64,000 nt of DNA from Selaginella moellendorffii (Eukaryota; Plantae; Lycopodiophyta): assembly GCF_000143415.4 (NCBI RefSeq), contig NW_003314274.1:2772623-2836622 (forward strand), read 5' to 3'. The notes under the pieces were generated by a model. It saw nothing but the letters and a program-made list of their open reading frames with translations, had not been told where the DNA came from and made no database searches. This document shows, in pieces, positions 10,436 through 23,652 of this stretch (position 1 is the first letter of the stretch; each line of letters opens with the position of its first letter). The position numbers were made by a program, and so were the translations under genes.

Positions 10436-13400
10436 CTAGGTGCTTCTCGGGGATCCAACCTGAAAGGAGTTTATGTTACATAATGAGTACGTTATGTTCT
10501 ACCTCAGATAGATCAGGATCTTTCAATCTGCTCATGATCCTTGCCTGTAATTCCTGAATCTCTTCATGAAGTTTCTCAACCTTTTCACCTGTCTGTTCCT
10601 TTGATTCTAACTCATCCAGAAGTGGTCTATATAAAATCCCTTGTTCGCTATTATCTTGAGAAAGTTGTGGGACACAGCTAGTTTCTTCATTAAGAGTTTC
10701 TTTCGAGAGCTTTGAGCTTTCATGAAGATCCCATGGTTCCAATGATTGCTTTTCAGACGTAGCACCATCAGCTTGCAGTGCTGCTCTTGCTTCATTGTAA
10801 ACGTTCCTCATAGAACCGTTGATCTGTGTTAAAGGCCCGGAACATTGGTTGGCTTTAGCTGACACAGTGTCTGTCCATGACGACAAACTTGAAACAAAAG
10901 CTTTTGTTCTTTGAGAATCTCTATCTGTGACGCAGTTAGCAATATCTTTGCTAATAACAAATCGCATACCAGATCGTAGCTTCATTTCATATTGGAGCCT
11001 TCTTACTGATCCCTCTTCCATGTCCAGCTTTCTTTGCAGCTCCTGATATTCTTGTTGTGCCTCTTGCATCTGCCCGATCTTTTAGCACAAACAACCATAG
11101 AAAATAGAAACAACCTCAGCTTGCTTTTGCATGAGACTACTTTCAAGGTGATGAATACGACCATCACGTGCTCTCAAGGCTTCTGTGAAGTTGGAATTCG
11201 CAACAGACAGCTTTCTTTGAACTTCATTGAGCTCTAGTTCCTTTCTCTGGCAGTCACATGGAAAAGTATGCAACAATGTAATGAGAAAACTGTATTACCC
11301 TGCAGTTCCCCTCAAGAGTCGCATATTGATTTTCACGGTCTTCAAGAAGCCTCCGCAAAGATGCCGCAATTTCAAATGCGCTAGTGAGCTTCTCCTGCGA
11401 CTCATCCGATGCCCCTTCTAATTTCTCTGCAGTATCCTTTAGTGCCTGGACCAGAAAAAATTAAATAGAGAAGAGCCCAATTTGATGTTACTTTTTCATA
11501 TGAAAGGAGTTGTGAAGTCTTTTCAGAAAGCTGAGTTTGAAAGTCCTTCAATGTCCTTTCAAGGGTTTGAATCTCTATGGTATAATGCACTTCGTCAGCA
11601 GTATCTTCTAGATTTTTAAGCTGTAGTTTCTTCTGCATAAAAATGTTGACAGATTGACTTTGTCATCAATGAGTTTCCCACCTGTAAATTTAGAACGTCT
11701 AGTTCAAGCTCTTCAATTCGCATATTCTGCTGTTCGAGATCTCCGTGAAGAGACCCTTCAATAACAGCACCATCTTCTAAAGCGTGTCGTAAGTCTTCTT
11801 CTTGCCTTTCCTTCTCGGCAATAGTTATTTTTAACAAAGCTATTTCTGAAGACATTGCATGAAGGCGATCAATCAGCTGAAGGTTTTCAACATCAACAGC
11901 GGTTGTTTGCTGTTTTTGCTCCTCACATTGTGCCTAGTGTATTTTAGACGCGTCAGCCAGCTTGCAAAGACGGAAAACAGAAGGAACCTTAGCATCAGAC
12001 AGCTCAATGTGAAACTTCGCATTAGCAACAAGCAGGTTGTCAAATGTCGCATGTATCCATCCGTGTAAAGTATTTGCTAAAAGTGTTCCGTGCCTTCGTG
12101 ATGATAAAAGCTGGCTAAGCTGCCCTGCACGTCTCCTCCAAGCATTTTCTTCCCACCAGCAAATTAAAAATTCTCTAGCTATCTGTAGGAAACTCCTTTA
12201 ACACTAGCATAGATTGCACGGAAAAGACGTACTTTTCTATCTCGTCTCTTTCTGCACACACTTGCCTTCATTTCTTTCTTCTTCCTGTATATCCAATATG
12301 AGCACAAAATATCATGTTTATGAACATAAATACTTAATTGCGTGAGACACAAGGTAATCACGCCAAAATATCATCGATGCTCTCTTCAGCGCTTGGTTAA
12401 TTTCTTGCATGGCCAATTTCTCCACCTGTTGTATTTTAACACTTCGTTTCCAGGCGCTAAGACCCTATAATTAAAAGTCAAAGCGGTTTAGAAGAGCCAT
12501 AGCAACTTGTAACAGATATTCAACCTTTAATCCAAGAGCCCGAAGGTATGTTCTGAATGCAAAGGCCATTGAAACCCTTTTCTGCCTTTGAATTTCTACA
12601 AAAGTGTGCCAGCAATTAAGTATAAACTTTTTCTGGTGACTACTGTAAAAGCGAAATGCATTATCCGTGTAATTCTGCTGATTTTTTTTATCGCTCAAAA
12701 ATTGGAGCCATCTGTAAGAAATACTTGATTGAAATATTTAGCATATTATGAATACCTCCACATTGTTCGCTGCTTGCATTTAGACGTGCCACTTTTTGCT
12801 GCTTGCTCGCTTTTCAGCAATTTGATACGCTTGACTCGAACAATTGATTTCCAAGCATATAGAGCCTGTTGGCACAGTAGCTTATTGACGTGAATCTGAA
12901 ATTCCCGCATTTTTATCTTCCTTGGTTTTGCCAACTTTATTATCCAGCAGTGCCACCGCCTTAAGTAATGCTGGCATGTAAACCTTCTCCAGTGCTTTTT
13001 TGCCGCATTTGTAAACTGATGCTCTTCTGCATTCGAAAGCTTTCCCATGCCTAAAACTGCTCTCCAACTATTCACCGTTTGACACAAAGACAACTGCTTT
13101 TTACGTCGTACAGATATTTCAAATCTCTTCTGAGAAATTGTTGCCAATCGCCAGGACCTCCAGCACTCCTCTATTCCTGCCTGTAAGACCTTAAGAGGTA
13201 ACAAATGGTTAAGACACAAACCTTCGCTTGTCGGTCATGGGCCTCTCTGATCTTCAAAGCTCGCTTTGTGGCGAGGCGGAGAGCTGAAAATCCACTCTTT
13301 AAAGATCTGTATTTCACAAACTCTTTCGCCATTATGTCATAATAAGACAGCAAGCGCTGGTTCTGCATAGCCTTCTTGAAATTGTGTAGAGACCTTCGTA

Positions 13401-14536
13401 GTAAGCTCTTCCGGAAGCAATTATCCAGTAGCGTCTCCTTATGTTTCTGTAAGAACAGGTTATTGAACGTTTTCAGTAACATGTAAGAGAAACCTTCAAC
13501 ATCAACTTTTGGAGCTCGTTGGCATACTCGTCAGCTTTATGTGTCAGGTAATCTGTTTCAATAGTTGACGTATTAAGTTTCTCCTCGAGCTGCTTTTTGG
13601 TAATTAAAGCAAGTTCCAGTTCTGCCTGAGCAACAAAGTCCCTGCTGACGAAAATGTCAAGAGGATCAAAGAAAGGTCCTACCTGAATCGCTCTTGCTCT
13701 GGCTTGCGAATGTGACTTTTCACGCAATTCATCATTCAGCCTCGTGATGCGTGATTGGAGGGAAGATCTTTCAAGGTCAAATTCTTCTAAACATTTCCTT
13801 AACGCTTGCTCTAACTCTTTCTTTTCTTTTTCAAGAGATGAGGCCCTGCAAAAAAAATTAAAAACCGTGAAATTTTCTATATGAATTTTCGTACTGGATT
13901 TGCTGAAATTGATGTCACCTTTGAGCCAGCCTGCGTTGCAAATCCAGTGTCTGCTCCATATCTTCATGCAACGTGTTGAGCTCATTTTCTGCTCTCTCCA
14001 CGTTTTCATGGTTCTGTTGCATGTATAGCTCCAGTCTGCATGGCAGCGTTGTCATGGAATATGATCCAATTTTATCCGCGTCACCTTTCACGAAGTTGTT
14101 GGTTGAGACCCTGCAAGCGCTTCTCTCCCTCCACATGAGATTCTAAATCCAACTGCAATGCTGCCACTTGCCGCCTCAAGGTTGCAGCATCCGATGCAGG
14201 CGGTGCCATGAGCCCCTCTGCCCGCAGGCGTGGCCCAATTTTCTGCATGGAAGCTAGCTGAGAGCCCGAAATTGATGCCCTTGCAGCATTAGCAACACTG
14301 ATGGTTCTGGCATCCTCCGTGCCCAAGGCTGATCCGGCTTTGTTGCTGTCACTGTAGCCAGCTGCCCTACTGCTCGAGACGGGCGTGCTATTACCACCGG
14401 GAGAACTGGCGGCTCTGTTGAGCATGTTAGCAGCCAGAATGCTAGAATACGTGGGAGCGGCAGAGCTTCTTCTAGGTCCAATTAGTTCCTGGGCAGGGTC
14501 CGGCTCGTGCTTCCTGTCACCTAGCACCTGCCACAT
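10436..14536 (-). CDS. Multi-exon coiled-coil protein with Sfi1-like (centrin-binding-type) Trp repeats; probable basal-body/centrosomal protein
   Basis: Chain of exons separated by ~50-nt GT-AG introns. N- and C-terminal heptad coiled coils. Central repeats WRSWR, LCQTVNSWR, HYLRRWHCW, ALYAWK, FILNCWHTF. The functional call is inference and the last exon (VGSPRST*) is inferred. Confidence 0.6.
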
Positions 14537-14620
14537 CACTCCGACAATTTAGGGCAATATAATCGCGGTAACGGAGTCGTTTGTGATTCGCACCGGTTTA
14601 TAACAATATGTCCATTATTG

Positions 14621-17600
14621 CTAAAATCGTATACACTTTCTTGCCTTGTCCAGGACATCCCTGCGAATCTTGATAGAGTTGGGAAATAGCTGCATTACAG
14701 CTTGACATATTGCAATCGCGTCCATGTACCTCTTCAATTTAAGGTAGACCCTTGCTAGTTTGTATCCAACGGTGAGGGAAGACCCTCGTTGGTGTTTCCA
14801 CGCACATTGATAGAAATTTGCAGCTTCAGTGTATGCGTTACCTCTCTCCATCGCTACTCCAAGGAACTCCCACGCCTTCGATGATGATCTGTTATAGCTT
14901 ATACATTTCCTACATAGCTGTTCAGCTACGTCCAGCTTACCAGCCTGCTAAAATACATATTGAGAACAACTAAGTGAGAACATATTGTAGACCTGAAGGT
15001 AAGTCTGAGCAAGCATTAGCCAGGCCCTCTCAAAGTTTATCCCTTCATTCCATTTGTATGTCAATCTGTCAATGCTCCGAAGTTCAGCTTTTGCTTTCCC
15101 AGTCTGGTTAAGTATCATTAAAGCAACAGCACGGCAAAGCATTAAAAGGACGTGATCCTTTTCTCTGGCTGCAGCTTTGTTAATTTTTACGAGTGCAGCT
15201 TCAGCATCTCCCTTTTGTCCGGAGTACATTAGACCGAAGCATTCCCAAGCTACCACAGTTCCATATTCTTGTCTAACTTAGAAGAAATTAATTATATATA
15301 AAAAAGATTCACGAAAATGTTCACCTGAATTCGCTTAGCAGTTGTTGAACTTTAGAAACGTCCTCCACTTTCACATATGGAACCGTGAACTCAAGGTTCT
15401 CCTCGTCATGAAATAATTCATCGTCAATATGAGAATAAATTTCAATCATTGCAAGTAGAGCACGTTTTCCCCATTTGGCATCACTACGTGCATAGTTGAA
15501 TAGCTGCACATTTGAAACCACTACTTTTAGATGCTATAGAGGTTTTTAGCATACTTCAACAGCTTGCATCGATTCATTCATATGCTGGGCATAAAATCCT
15601 TTGCAATAATAAAGCCCCGCATCGACATCACGTTTGGACGATTTTTCTGCCTGCACAATGTAATAACTGGATTCTTCAACTCGCCCCAGTCTTCGCAAAA
15701 GCTCAATAATCTATTTACAGATAGGTTAAATTAAACTTCTAAAAGGTGGCTTTAAATTTCATACTTGTTCAAGAACAATGTAGCAAGTAGGATCTCTCTG
15801 AAGGAGTTGCTGCATGCTTGAAAGTGCAGCATCATACATTTCTCTCTGTAGTAAAACCAGAATTAACAGCTTACCACCATCTGAGCTCGTCATATCCACT
15901 TTCAATAAGTTGGCACAATTAACCTCACATTCGCTTAATTCACCCCTGAGGCAATCACTGTATGAAAAACAAGAAAACTTGAAAATTACAGACCTTACTA
16001 AGTGAATGTTGGACAACAACAGAAGTGCTGAAGTATGAGCAGGACAATCGTTCAGGGTTTCGCTTAAAAACAATATGGCGGAGTCCAAGTCATTATTTTC
16101 TTGGCAAACCTGCAGCCCATATTTAACGCAGGTTTTACAACACAATGTATTGTCACCTTTGCAAACTCCAAACAAAAGTCTGCCAGGTAGCTTCCTCGCT
16201 TGGCAGTGACCGTCTGTCTTAAAAAAGCTTTCAGCTTTACAATCTCCTGTGAAGCTAAAGTTAATGAATGATGATATATGATAACATTAAACCTCTGATG
16301 CAGGACTATATCTTCCTTGAGAACTTTGAATCTTCATGGAAAGTAATAAAAACATCAGTAATGTTTTACTTGGAGGAGAATGTTCCATCTTTGCAATGGC
16401 ATCTCTTGTAAGTTGTTCTGCTTTGAGAAAATCTTTCAAAATGAAGTATAATTCTGCAACGAAACACTGACGAACGTTCCAACACGCATCTTAATGACAG
16501 ACCTGCTAAGTCATATTGAACATATTGATAACAAGAGTCCCTTAGATTGCGTCCTAGTGATTTCACGTACAGTGCCTTAGCTCTTTGATACTCATGACAT
16601 GTTATCAATGCGTTCCCAAGCTTTTTGATAATTGATGCATCATTCGGACTGTTCTTCAATGCCGACTCCAACGATTTCATTGCTCGAATTGGATCATTAA
16701 CTTTATTAAATGCGTCAGCTAGCTTCAAATGCATCTGCATTGTAGAAGATCGTAGAACACCTATGCAAGAATAAACCGGACCTTGGCACTTGGGAAAAGC
16801 TCAGCCAGCTCCGAGAAGCACTGTAGAAACCGCATTTTGTCACCTTTATGCTCCAAATATATGTGAGCCATTGCTGTCCTTGCTTCTATTAGACAGTGGC
16901 TATCACAAGGAATGTGGTGTAGTATTTCTATTCCCAAATCAATTTTTCCTTTTGCAACGAAAAGAACAGCTCTAGCTACTTCCACCAAAGCCTAAAACAA
17001 AAAATATTAAGGAAACCAAGTATAAACGATTAAAAAAAACGAACCTTCTCGTGTAGACCTGAAAATAAGCGACTTGCATCATCAATGGTTTTTTCCGCTT
17101 CAGCAAAATTTTGCATTTTTATCTGCATCTTAGCAAGTAGGAAATACAGCATCACTTTATTTGCACTGCTTTCGTCCATTAACATTTTGCCTTGCGTTGA
17201 GTAGTATTCCAGTTTTTCACTGTCCCTGTTCATAGATGGCAGAATGATAGCAGATTCCAATACCTATTAATTACATGGTTAATAGAAAGCTGTAAAAATA
17301 CAAAGGTACTTAACGGAAAGAGCATGGCCAAATTCTCCAGTTAGTATATGTAGATTAGCTTGCAAAGCAAGAAATTTTAGACTTTCTCGGACACTTGAAT
17401 CGACAGTTGATGCTTGCTCTAAATAGGATTGCGACAAATCTATGTTCATACGTTCAAGTTCAATCTACAAGAATAATATTCAAAACGGCTTAAACGCAAC
17501 CTTCTTATACCTGAGCTAAAAGAATATAAGCGCAGGCACAAGTTGAATCGAGCAAAAGGGCAGTTTGAAGAGATTCCTGAGATACTTCTAAATCCCCCAA

Positions 17601-19460
17601 TTCCATATGAGTGCGTGCAAGCATAACATGTGCATTCACGAAACCAGGTGCCGCTGATAAAAGAAGCTCAAGTGCTGCAATCTGTCTAGTAAGGCTAACA
17701 GTGCCATTTCTTGTAGTACACTTTGCAAATAATGCCAGGTAAAGGTGTCCTGCTCCAAGAATCATGTCAGGATCTATTTCTGTATAAAACTGATAGTCTC
17801 GCCTGATCCTTGTTGACTGTTTAAATTGATTTGAAAACTCAAAGTCATATTTATCTTTTGAATTACCTTTAAATGCAATTCCAGTGCTCCGTTAAGAAAC
17901 TCCCAACATGCCTCATGCCGATTCTCAAGCCACGACTGCTGAGCTTTGAGGTAAAAGACGAAAGATGATGTTCCATCCACTGATTGTAAGAGCTTGCTGG
18001 CATCATCAAGATTTTTCAAAATGAGCAAGCATTGAATTACACCATTCGTCGCTTCAGTTTTAACATCTTCCATTTGGGACGCAAGCCTGCAAGACAGATG
18101 TTCTGCTTAAACTAGTCTTCGTGATAAAAATTAAGAATGCCAAGAATGATAACTGGTCACCTGAAACGTGAGATTGCAGCTGAATAGTCTCCTAGAAGAA
18201 AAAACTCCTTTGCCATCTCTAGAAGATATATCCCATTGTTTGGAGCAAGTACCTGAGACTTCTCAACCAGAGAGAGTGTATGATTTAGTACACCTGGTGA
18301 ACCTCGTCCGGCAAGTCTGGCAATAGGTTGGGCAACTATAACATAAAAGATAACAATGTTTGAGCACATTAACAAGCTAACGCCAAAACTCACACTCAAT
18401 GTAAAGTCTTGCATTTCTCGGTTCTTTCTGGCAAACATTTCGCACGAGATTCCCAAGTAGGTACATGGATGTGACAGTACTGTTATTCTTACACAATAGA
18501 AAATGTGTTTGAAGGCGCAGAGCATCAATATTCTCTGGGTCCTATCACATTAAAACTGTTCCCTTCAACAGGACGCTTGCCAGGGGGCAAAATTACCTTC
18601 TGTAGCACTTCTTGAGAAGACTCATAGATACAATCCCAATCCTGTACCAGCATTCCCACCCTTGCCTTCTCACAAGTTGCAGGATAAAACCATGGATATA
18701 GCAGAGCCGCCTTCATAGAACATTTAAGCACATGGAACCAGACGTATTCATGAAAGTACATACCTGATCTAATTCATACATAGCCCTTGTGTATTCCTCC
18801 ATAAATTCAAAACAAGCCGCTTTTCCTAACATTGCGTCCAGACAAGTGTGTTTTACACCAAGAACTTTGTCAAAATTTTGGCTGGCAGCTCCAACCAAGT
18901 CCGCGTTTAGATCAACCTGAGCGATAGTAAGTAGAATCCATCCATGCAAGCACTGAGCCTCAATGTTATCTTGGGATCTTGAAATCCTGAAAATAAAATA
19001 AAATAAAAACTAGATGAAGCGTGTAATTGGTTTAAACCTTGTAACATATTGCTTAGCTCTTTCTAAGTCCTTAAGCAGCAAAGAAAATACGGCAGCTTGA
19101 ATTAGCATTTCGTCAGAAGCGTCTTCTTCTTCATATTCAAGGTTTGAAATAAGCTTTAGAGAAGTCTCTTTATCTTCGCAGATATGAATTTCAATCAGGA
19201 GTGCTGCCATGAGCAGCTCCCGTTCCTCCTTTATAACCCGCAGCTCCAGCAAAATATCTCTGGTCTTAACGCCTGCTACGGCCATCCCGTAGATCTGTGA
19301 ACGGTGCCAATTTAAGAGGAAAGCAAACACGTTAGCTTACTTTCCAAAAATGTAGCAGCCTGTCGTGAGTTTGGGGGAGATACATGTTGCAGATTGACAG
19401 GACATGATTTGCGTAGCCTTTCCGAGCATAGTAGCGAATTAATGCTATGGGGTCCGCCAT
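14621..19460 (-). CDS. IFT139: Intraflagellar transport complex A protein IFT139 / TTC21 (TPR protein), multi-exon
   Basis: N-terminus MADPIALIRYYARKGYANHV. C-terminus VGYKLARVYLKLKRYMDAIAICQAVMQLFPNSIKIRRDVLDKARKCIRF resembles the TTC21B C-terminus ([33 protein letters not shown]). TPR-like exons throughout. Confidence 0.9.
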
Positions 19461-19759
19461 TGCTACCCTAACCTAATTTCATAACAAAAACTAAAAACAG
19501 TACCCACTAGGAAAGGGGAGCCCGGATGAAGATCTGCATTCATCAGTCTCATTGCTTCACAATTGGCACCGCGAGACTGTCAAAACAGCATATAGACAGC
19601 TAGATAAGACATGCAGACTAAAAAACATGAGCAAAATTCTTCTTCAGGGTGTAGGATTTTCTTTCTTTCTATCTATTGTTTTACAACGGTGACCCTGGCG
19701 GTGCTCAACAAGAAGCATAAGACCATTGCAATATACATTGTGAAAAGGTTTGATAATTG

Positions 19760-22740
19760 TTGTTGACAGCTCCACTCTCCACTATTTCTTTATTCTCATT
19801 GCTCCTCCACGCTCAACCTCTCACCTCCCTTGTGCTCCTTGCTCCTGTGCCAGCATTCCTTTTCTCCTCCTCCTCCAGAGAAAAGCAGGAGGTGCTGAGG
19901 AGGCACTGAGAGTCATCCACCATTGTTTTGCTTCTGCTCATCTTCTTTCATGGTATCAGAGATGTTGAGGTTTACACTCTCTATGACATGATCCTAGGTG
20001 GCAGTAGTGCCACATCACTGATCCAACTGTAAGAGTCACGACTATTGATCGTGTATATACACAGTGATGATATATCAGAGTACCATCATTTGCTTCTGCA
20101 TATCTCTTCATGGTATCAGAGCCTTGAGCGCTCCAGATCCAGGGATGATCTGGGGGAGGTATATGCTCTCTATGACATGATCCTAGGTGGCAGTAGTGCC
20201 ACCCACTGATCTAGGTATGGAATCCGGGATCCTCCAATTCTTGTTTCCCTGCATAAAACAAACTTAATAAAGAATAGGATTTGTAGTGTCACTAGCACAT
20301 GCAAGATACAGCTGATGATTCTGCAGCATGCAATTGCATAGCCTAAGACTGCCACCAAAGTTATTGACAAGCTTGTGTGTGTGTCATTAATGATCAACCT
20401 GGAGTTGGGGCATGTCCAACAGCTGCTGGCTGTTGATGCCATGTGACTCCACTCCAATACTGGACAAGAATCTGCAGTGGAACTTGCATTTTTGAGGAGG
20501 CATAGTGTGTTGTACAAGGGAACCCCAACTAGTCCGCAGTGGTTAAGTGTGGATGGAGGTGGTGGTGGGCAAGGCAAACAGCCCCACCCACACCCGGCTC
20601 GGTCCATAACCATACTTACTCTTAGTGGCATTATTCTTGATGGCAACAGATCCCACTAAGGTGCTCCCAGTCTCCTAACACTGGCAGTTGCCCTAACCCT
20701 AACCCTGTCATCCTGGCCATTCATTGTGGATAGAGTAAATCTTATACATCTGTTTCTTTCTACATTTATTTCCTAGCAATATACAATTTATGCTCCTTTC
20801 TAGATTTGATGACATGGCAAAATCCTTGTGAGTTATAAGATGTGACTGTGCCATAATGTAGAAATATCACAGCCACATATCTGGAATGTATAAATTGATG
20901 GCAATACAAAATGACAAATGAGAATCATGTGTTTTCTTGCATGTCATAAAATCTTATCATAAAATGTTAGAATCTTAAATTCATAAATTCATAAAATTCT
21001 TTTACTTATTCTACATTCTTATAGTAGAAGGTGTTATTTCTAAAGCAATGTGACAGATATTTTACTATAGGTGATAGATGATAGTACACAGGTGAAATAT
21101 ATTGAAATGAGTATAGAAGAATGTGATGATTTCTGGCTTTTATCATGTATTAAATATATGTATAATATTTAAGACTAAAATGACATTTGACTTGGACAAT
21201 TTTGTAGTGTGTATGGGATCTTGCTTACACTTTAGACTTGCAAGCTAGTTTGAAAAATCATTTATCATATGAACAAACTTAAAGCATGTTTGTAGTTTGG
21301 TGATATTATGTATTAGTCCATCATCCAGGTCTTAGAAATTGATGTTGAGAAGGTTGGTCTATCTAATATTCTTACTCAAAGATTGGTGAAGACACACTAC
21401 AAGACAACTCCAGAGTTGTTGATTTAATGGAATGGCTATCTAGGAATAAAGCTACATGGGAAACTAAGGATGATGTGAAGGAGTGTTCTGAGTTTTGGTT
21501 ATAACTTAGATAAGATTTCTAAGGATGAGTTTCATAGCTGTTTTACTATATGATTTGAACTATTTTCTCCATTCTCATTCCTTTGTTTCTATGACTATAT
21601 TGTCATGTGAGAAAGCTGTATTGTTTTCTTTCTTTCATGATTGTTTATCATGATATTAGTGTTGTCATTTGCACATCTTTTCTCCATGGCTATATTGCCT
21701 TAGACTCCCTTCATGTAAGGCTCATTTAGCTTCTTGAGGCTAATGTGCTAGTGTGGAGGGGAGAATGACACAAATCATAAGAATATTCTAAGAATATCCT
21801 ATAGCCTAGGGGATTTAAGGCAAGAACACTTTAAAGGTTGGGAGGTTGGCCTAGGGTTTGCTCCTTGTTTGTTTCAATGAGAGTCAGACTTTGAATACTA
21901 TTGGGCAGCAATATTCTGCATATGATCAGCAATTGCTCTCAATTGTTTATGTTTTGTGGATGTGAAAGCATTATCTTTATAGTGTGGTGTTTGTAGTGTT
22001 GACAGATCATAAGCATTTTGTGTATTTGTTCACACAAAAGAAGTTGAACACTAGGCAAGCTTATTAGATGGTCAAACTCAAGGAGCACTAAGGAAGCTAG
22101 CTAGATGGTCAAACTCATGGAGTTTGGAGAGTTTCTTACTGATTATAGTCTAGGTAAAATTGAATATGGTGGCAGATACTTTATTGTGTATTCATTATGT
22201 GACATAATATATGTTATAGTTTTGTCATCATTTAAGTAAGTTGGTCAGCAAGTTTTAGTGTGATTTCTTTGCCTAAATAGAAGCACCTTTCTCATTGGTA
22301 AATGAGATGTTGTACTACAATGGCCATGTGTATTTACCATAGGTGGATGCATTGATTAATGAGGTTATTTTTCACTATCATGATCATCTTGAGGCAGTAA
22401 TTATGGGGGGAAGAAGATGTATGAGTTGATTAAACACAATTTTTAATGAATGAATATACTATTGTAAGTAATATGATCTCTATGAGTGGGTAAGGTGCCA
22501 TAAGAGAAGCTAGGGGGACTTTTGCAACCTTTGCCTATTCTAAATGCATGCTTTGCCAATGAAACCAGAAGTTACAGGAGATGTTATGCTTTAAAATTGT
22601 ATGTATACAAATACTGTAGAGACATGATGAGATAAATGTGATAAGAGAGATATGGAAAAATGATGCCACCTTATTCATACTGCTAATAGGTTTTAGTTCT
22701 CCCTTTCAATGGACACTTGTCAAGTTATCATGTTTGCAAT
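19760..22740 (+). mobile_element. Heavily decayed Ty1/Copia-like LTR retrotransposon remnant
   Basis: ...TTTCA followed by iMet PBS TGGTATCAGAG at 19951 and again at 20111. Followed by ORF-less sequence with only faint pol-like traces; no 3' LTR found; boundaries approximate. Confidence 0.5.
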
Positions 22741-23119
22741 GACTTTTGTTCATACAAACGTATAATAGACAATTATATGGATCCAATCACACAGAAGGCT
22801 TTTACATTATATATGAAGGTAATTCAATTAACATTTTTATTGCAAAGCCACAAACCTCAGAAAAAAAGGGAGTAGCAATAGTCGAAAGTCAATTAAAAGA
22901 AATATCTTTACACATGTTCAAATTTATTTGTGCAAAAGAATTAGATTGAAAGTCCAGTCATTAACCTTCTTTTAAGCTAACAGTCATATAAAAGTCAATC
23001 ACGACTACCTTTTCCAACTGCAGCTGGCTACGATGTGCTTCCAACCTGTTTCCTGCCTTTCTTTCAAACATGAACTTCATTGCCAGAGGATTTCTTTAAA
23101 ACAATACGAAAATCGACAT

Positions 23120-23634
23120 CTACTTTTTGGCTATCTGAGATTTGATCGTTGCAGTCAAACTTGGAATTCGAATTATGTGCTCCCGCACTGCGCTTTCAAT
23201 GCAGTGCTGTGCTTTTTCAGCAATTTGATTTTCTGTATTACGATGGCTATCACGCTCCTCCTCGAACTTTTCTTTGCAGTGGATTATGCTTTTATTGATT
23301 CTTTCCTACAGACTGTAATAGCAACAGGATATTACACATTACGCACTCAAACAGTTACCTGAAACCTGGCGACTTCACTTCTGATCACATTTTGTGCTGT
23401 TTGTGCTGGAATAGAACAATCTTCAATACATGCCTGAATGTTGGTCACTGTCTTGAATGTATCAAAGCAATTGGCTGCGCACTTATAGAAACCTTTCTGT
23501 AGGAAAGGATAAGACAAGACACCAATGTTCGCTGTAAATTAAACCTGTATGTTGAAGAAGATATGCATCTCTAATTCACCCATCGCATTGGTGAAAGCCT
23601 CGTTTAGTTCGCGCTCCAGTCTTTCGGTCTCCAT
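23120..23634 (-). CDS. FAM136A-like (DUF842) protein, 3 exons (23545-23634, 23359-23496, 23120-23305)
   Basis: Spliced translation METERLERELNE...KGFYKCAANCFD...ACIEDCSIP...RFQERINKSIIHCKEKFE...HCIE..IPSL has the CX3C pairs and FQER motif of FAM136A. All three exons are phase 0. Not in the supplied ORF track. Confidence 0.85.
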
Positions 23635-23652
23635 AAGCACAACCTAAAATGG

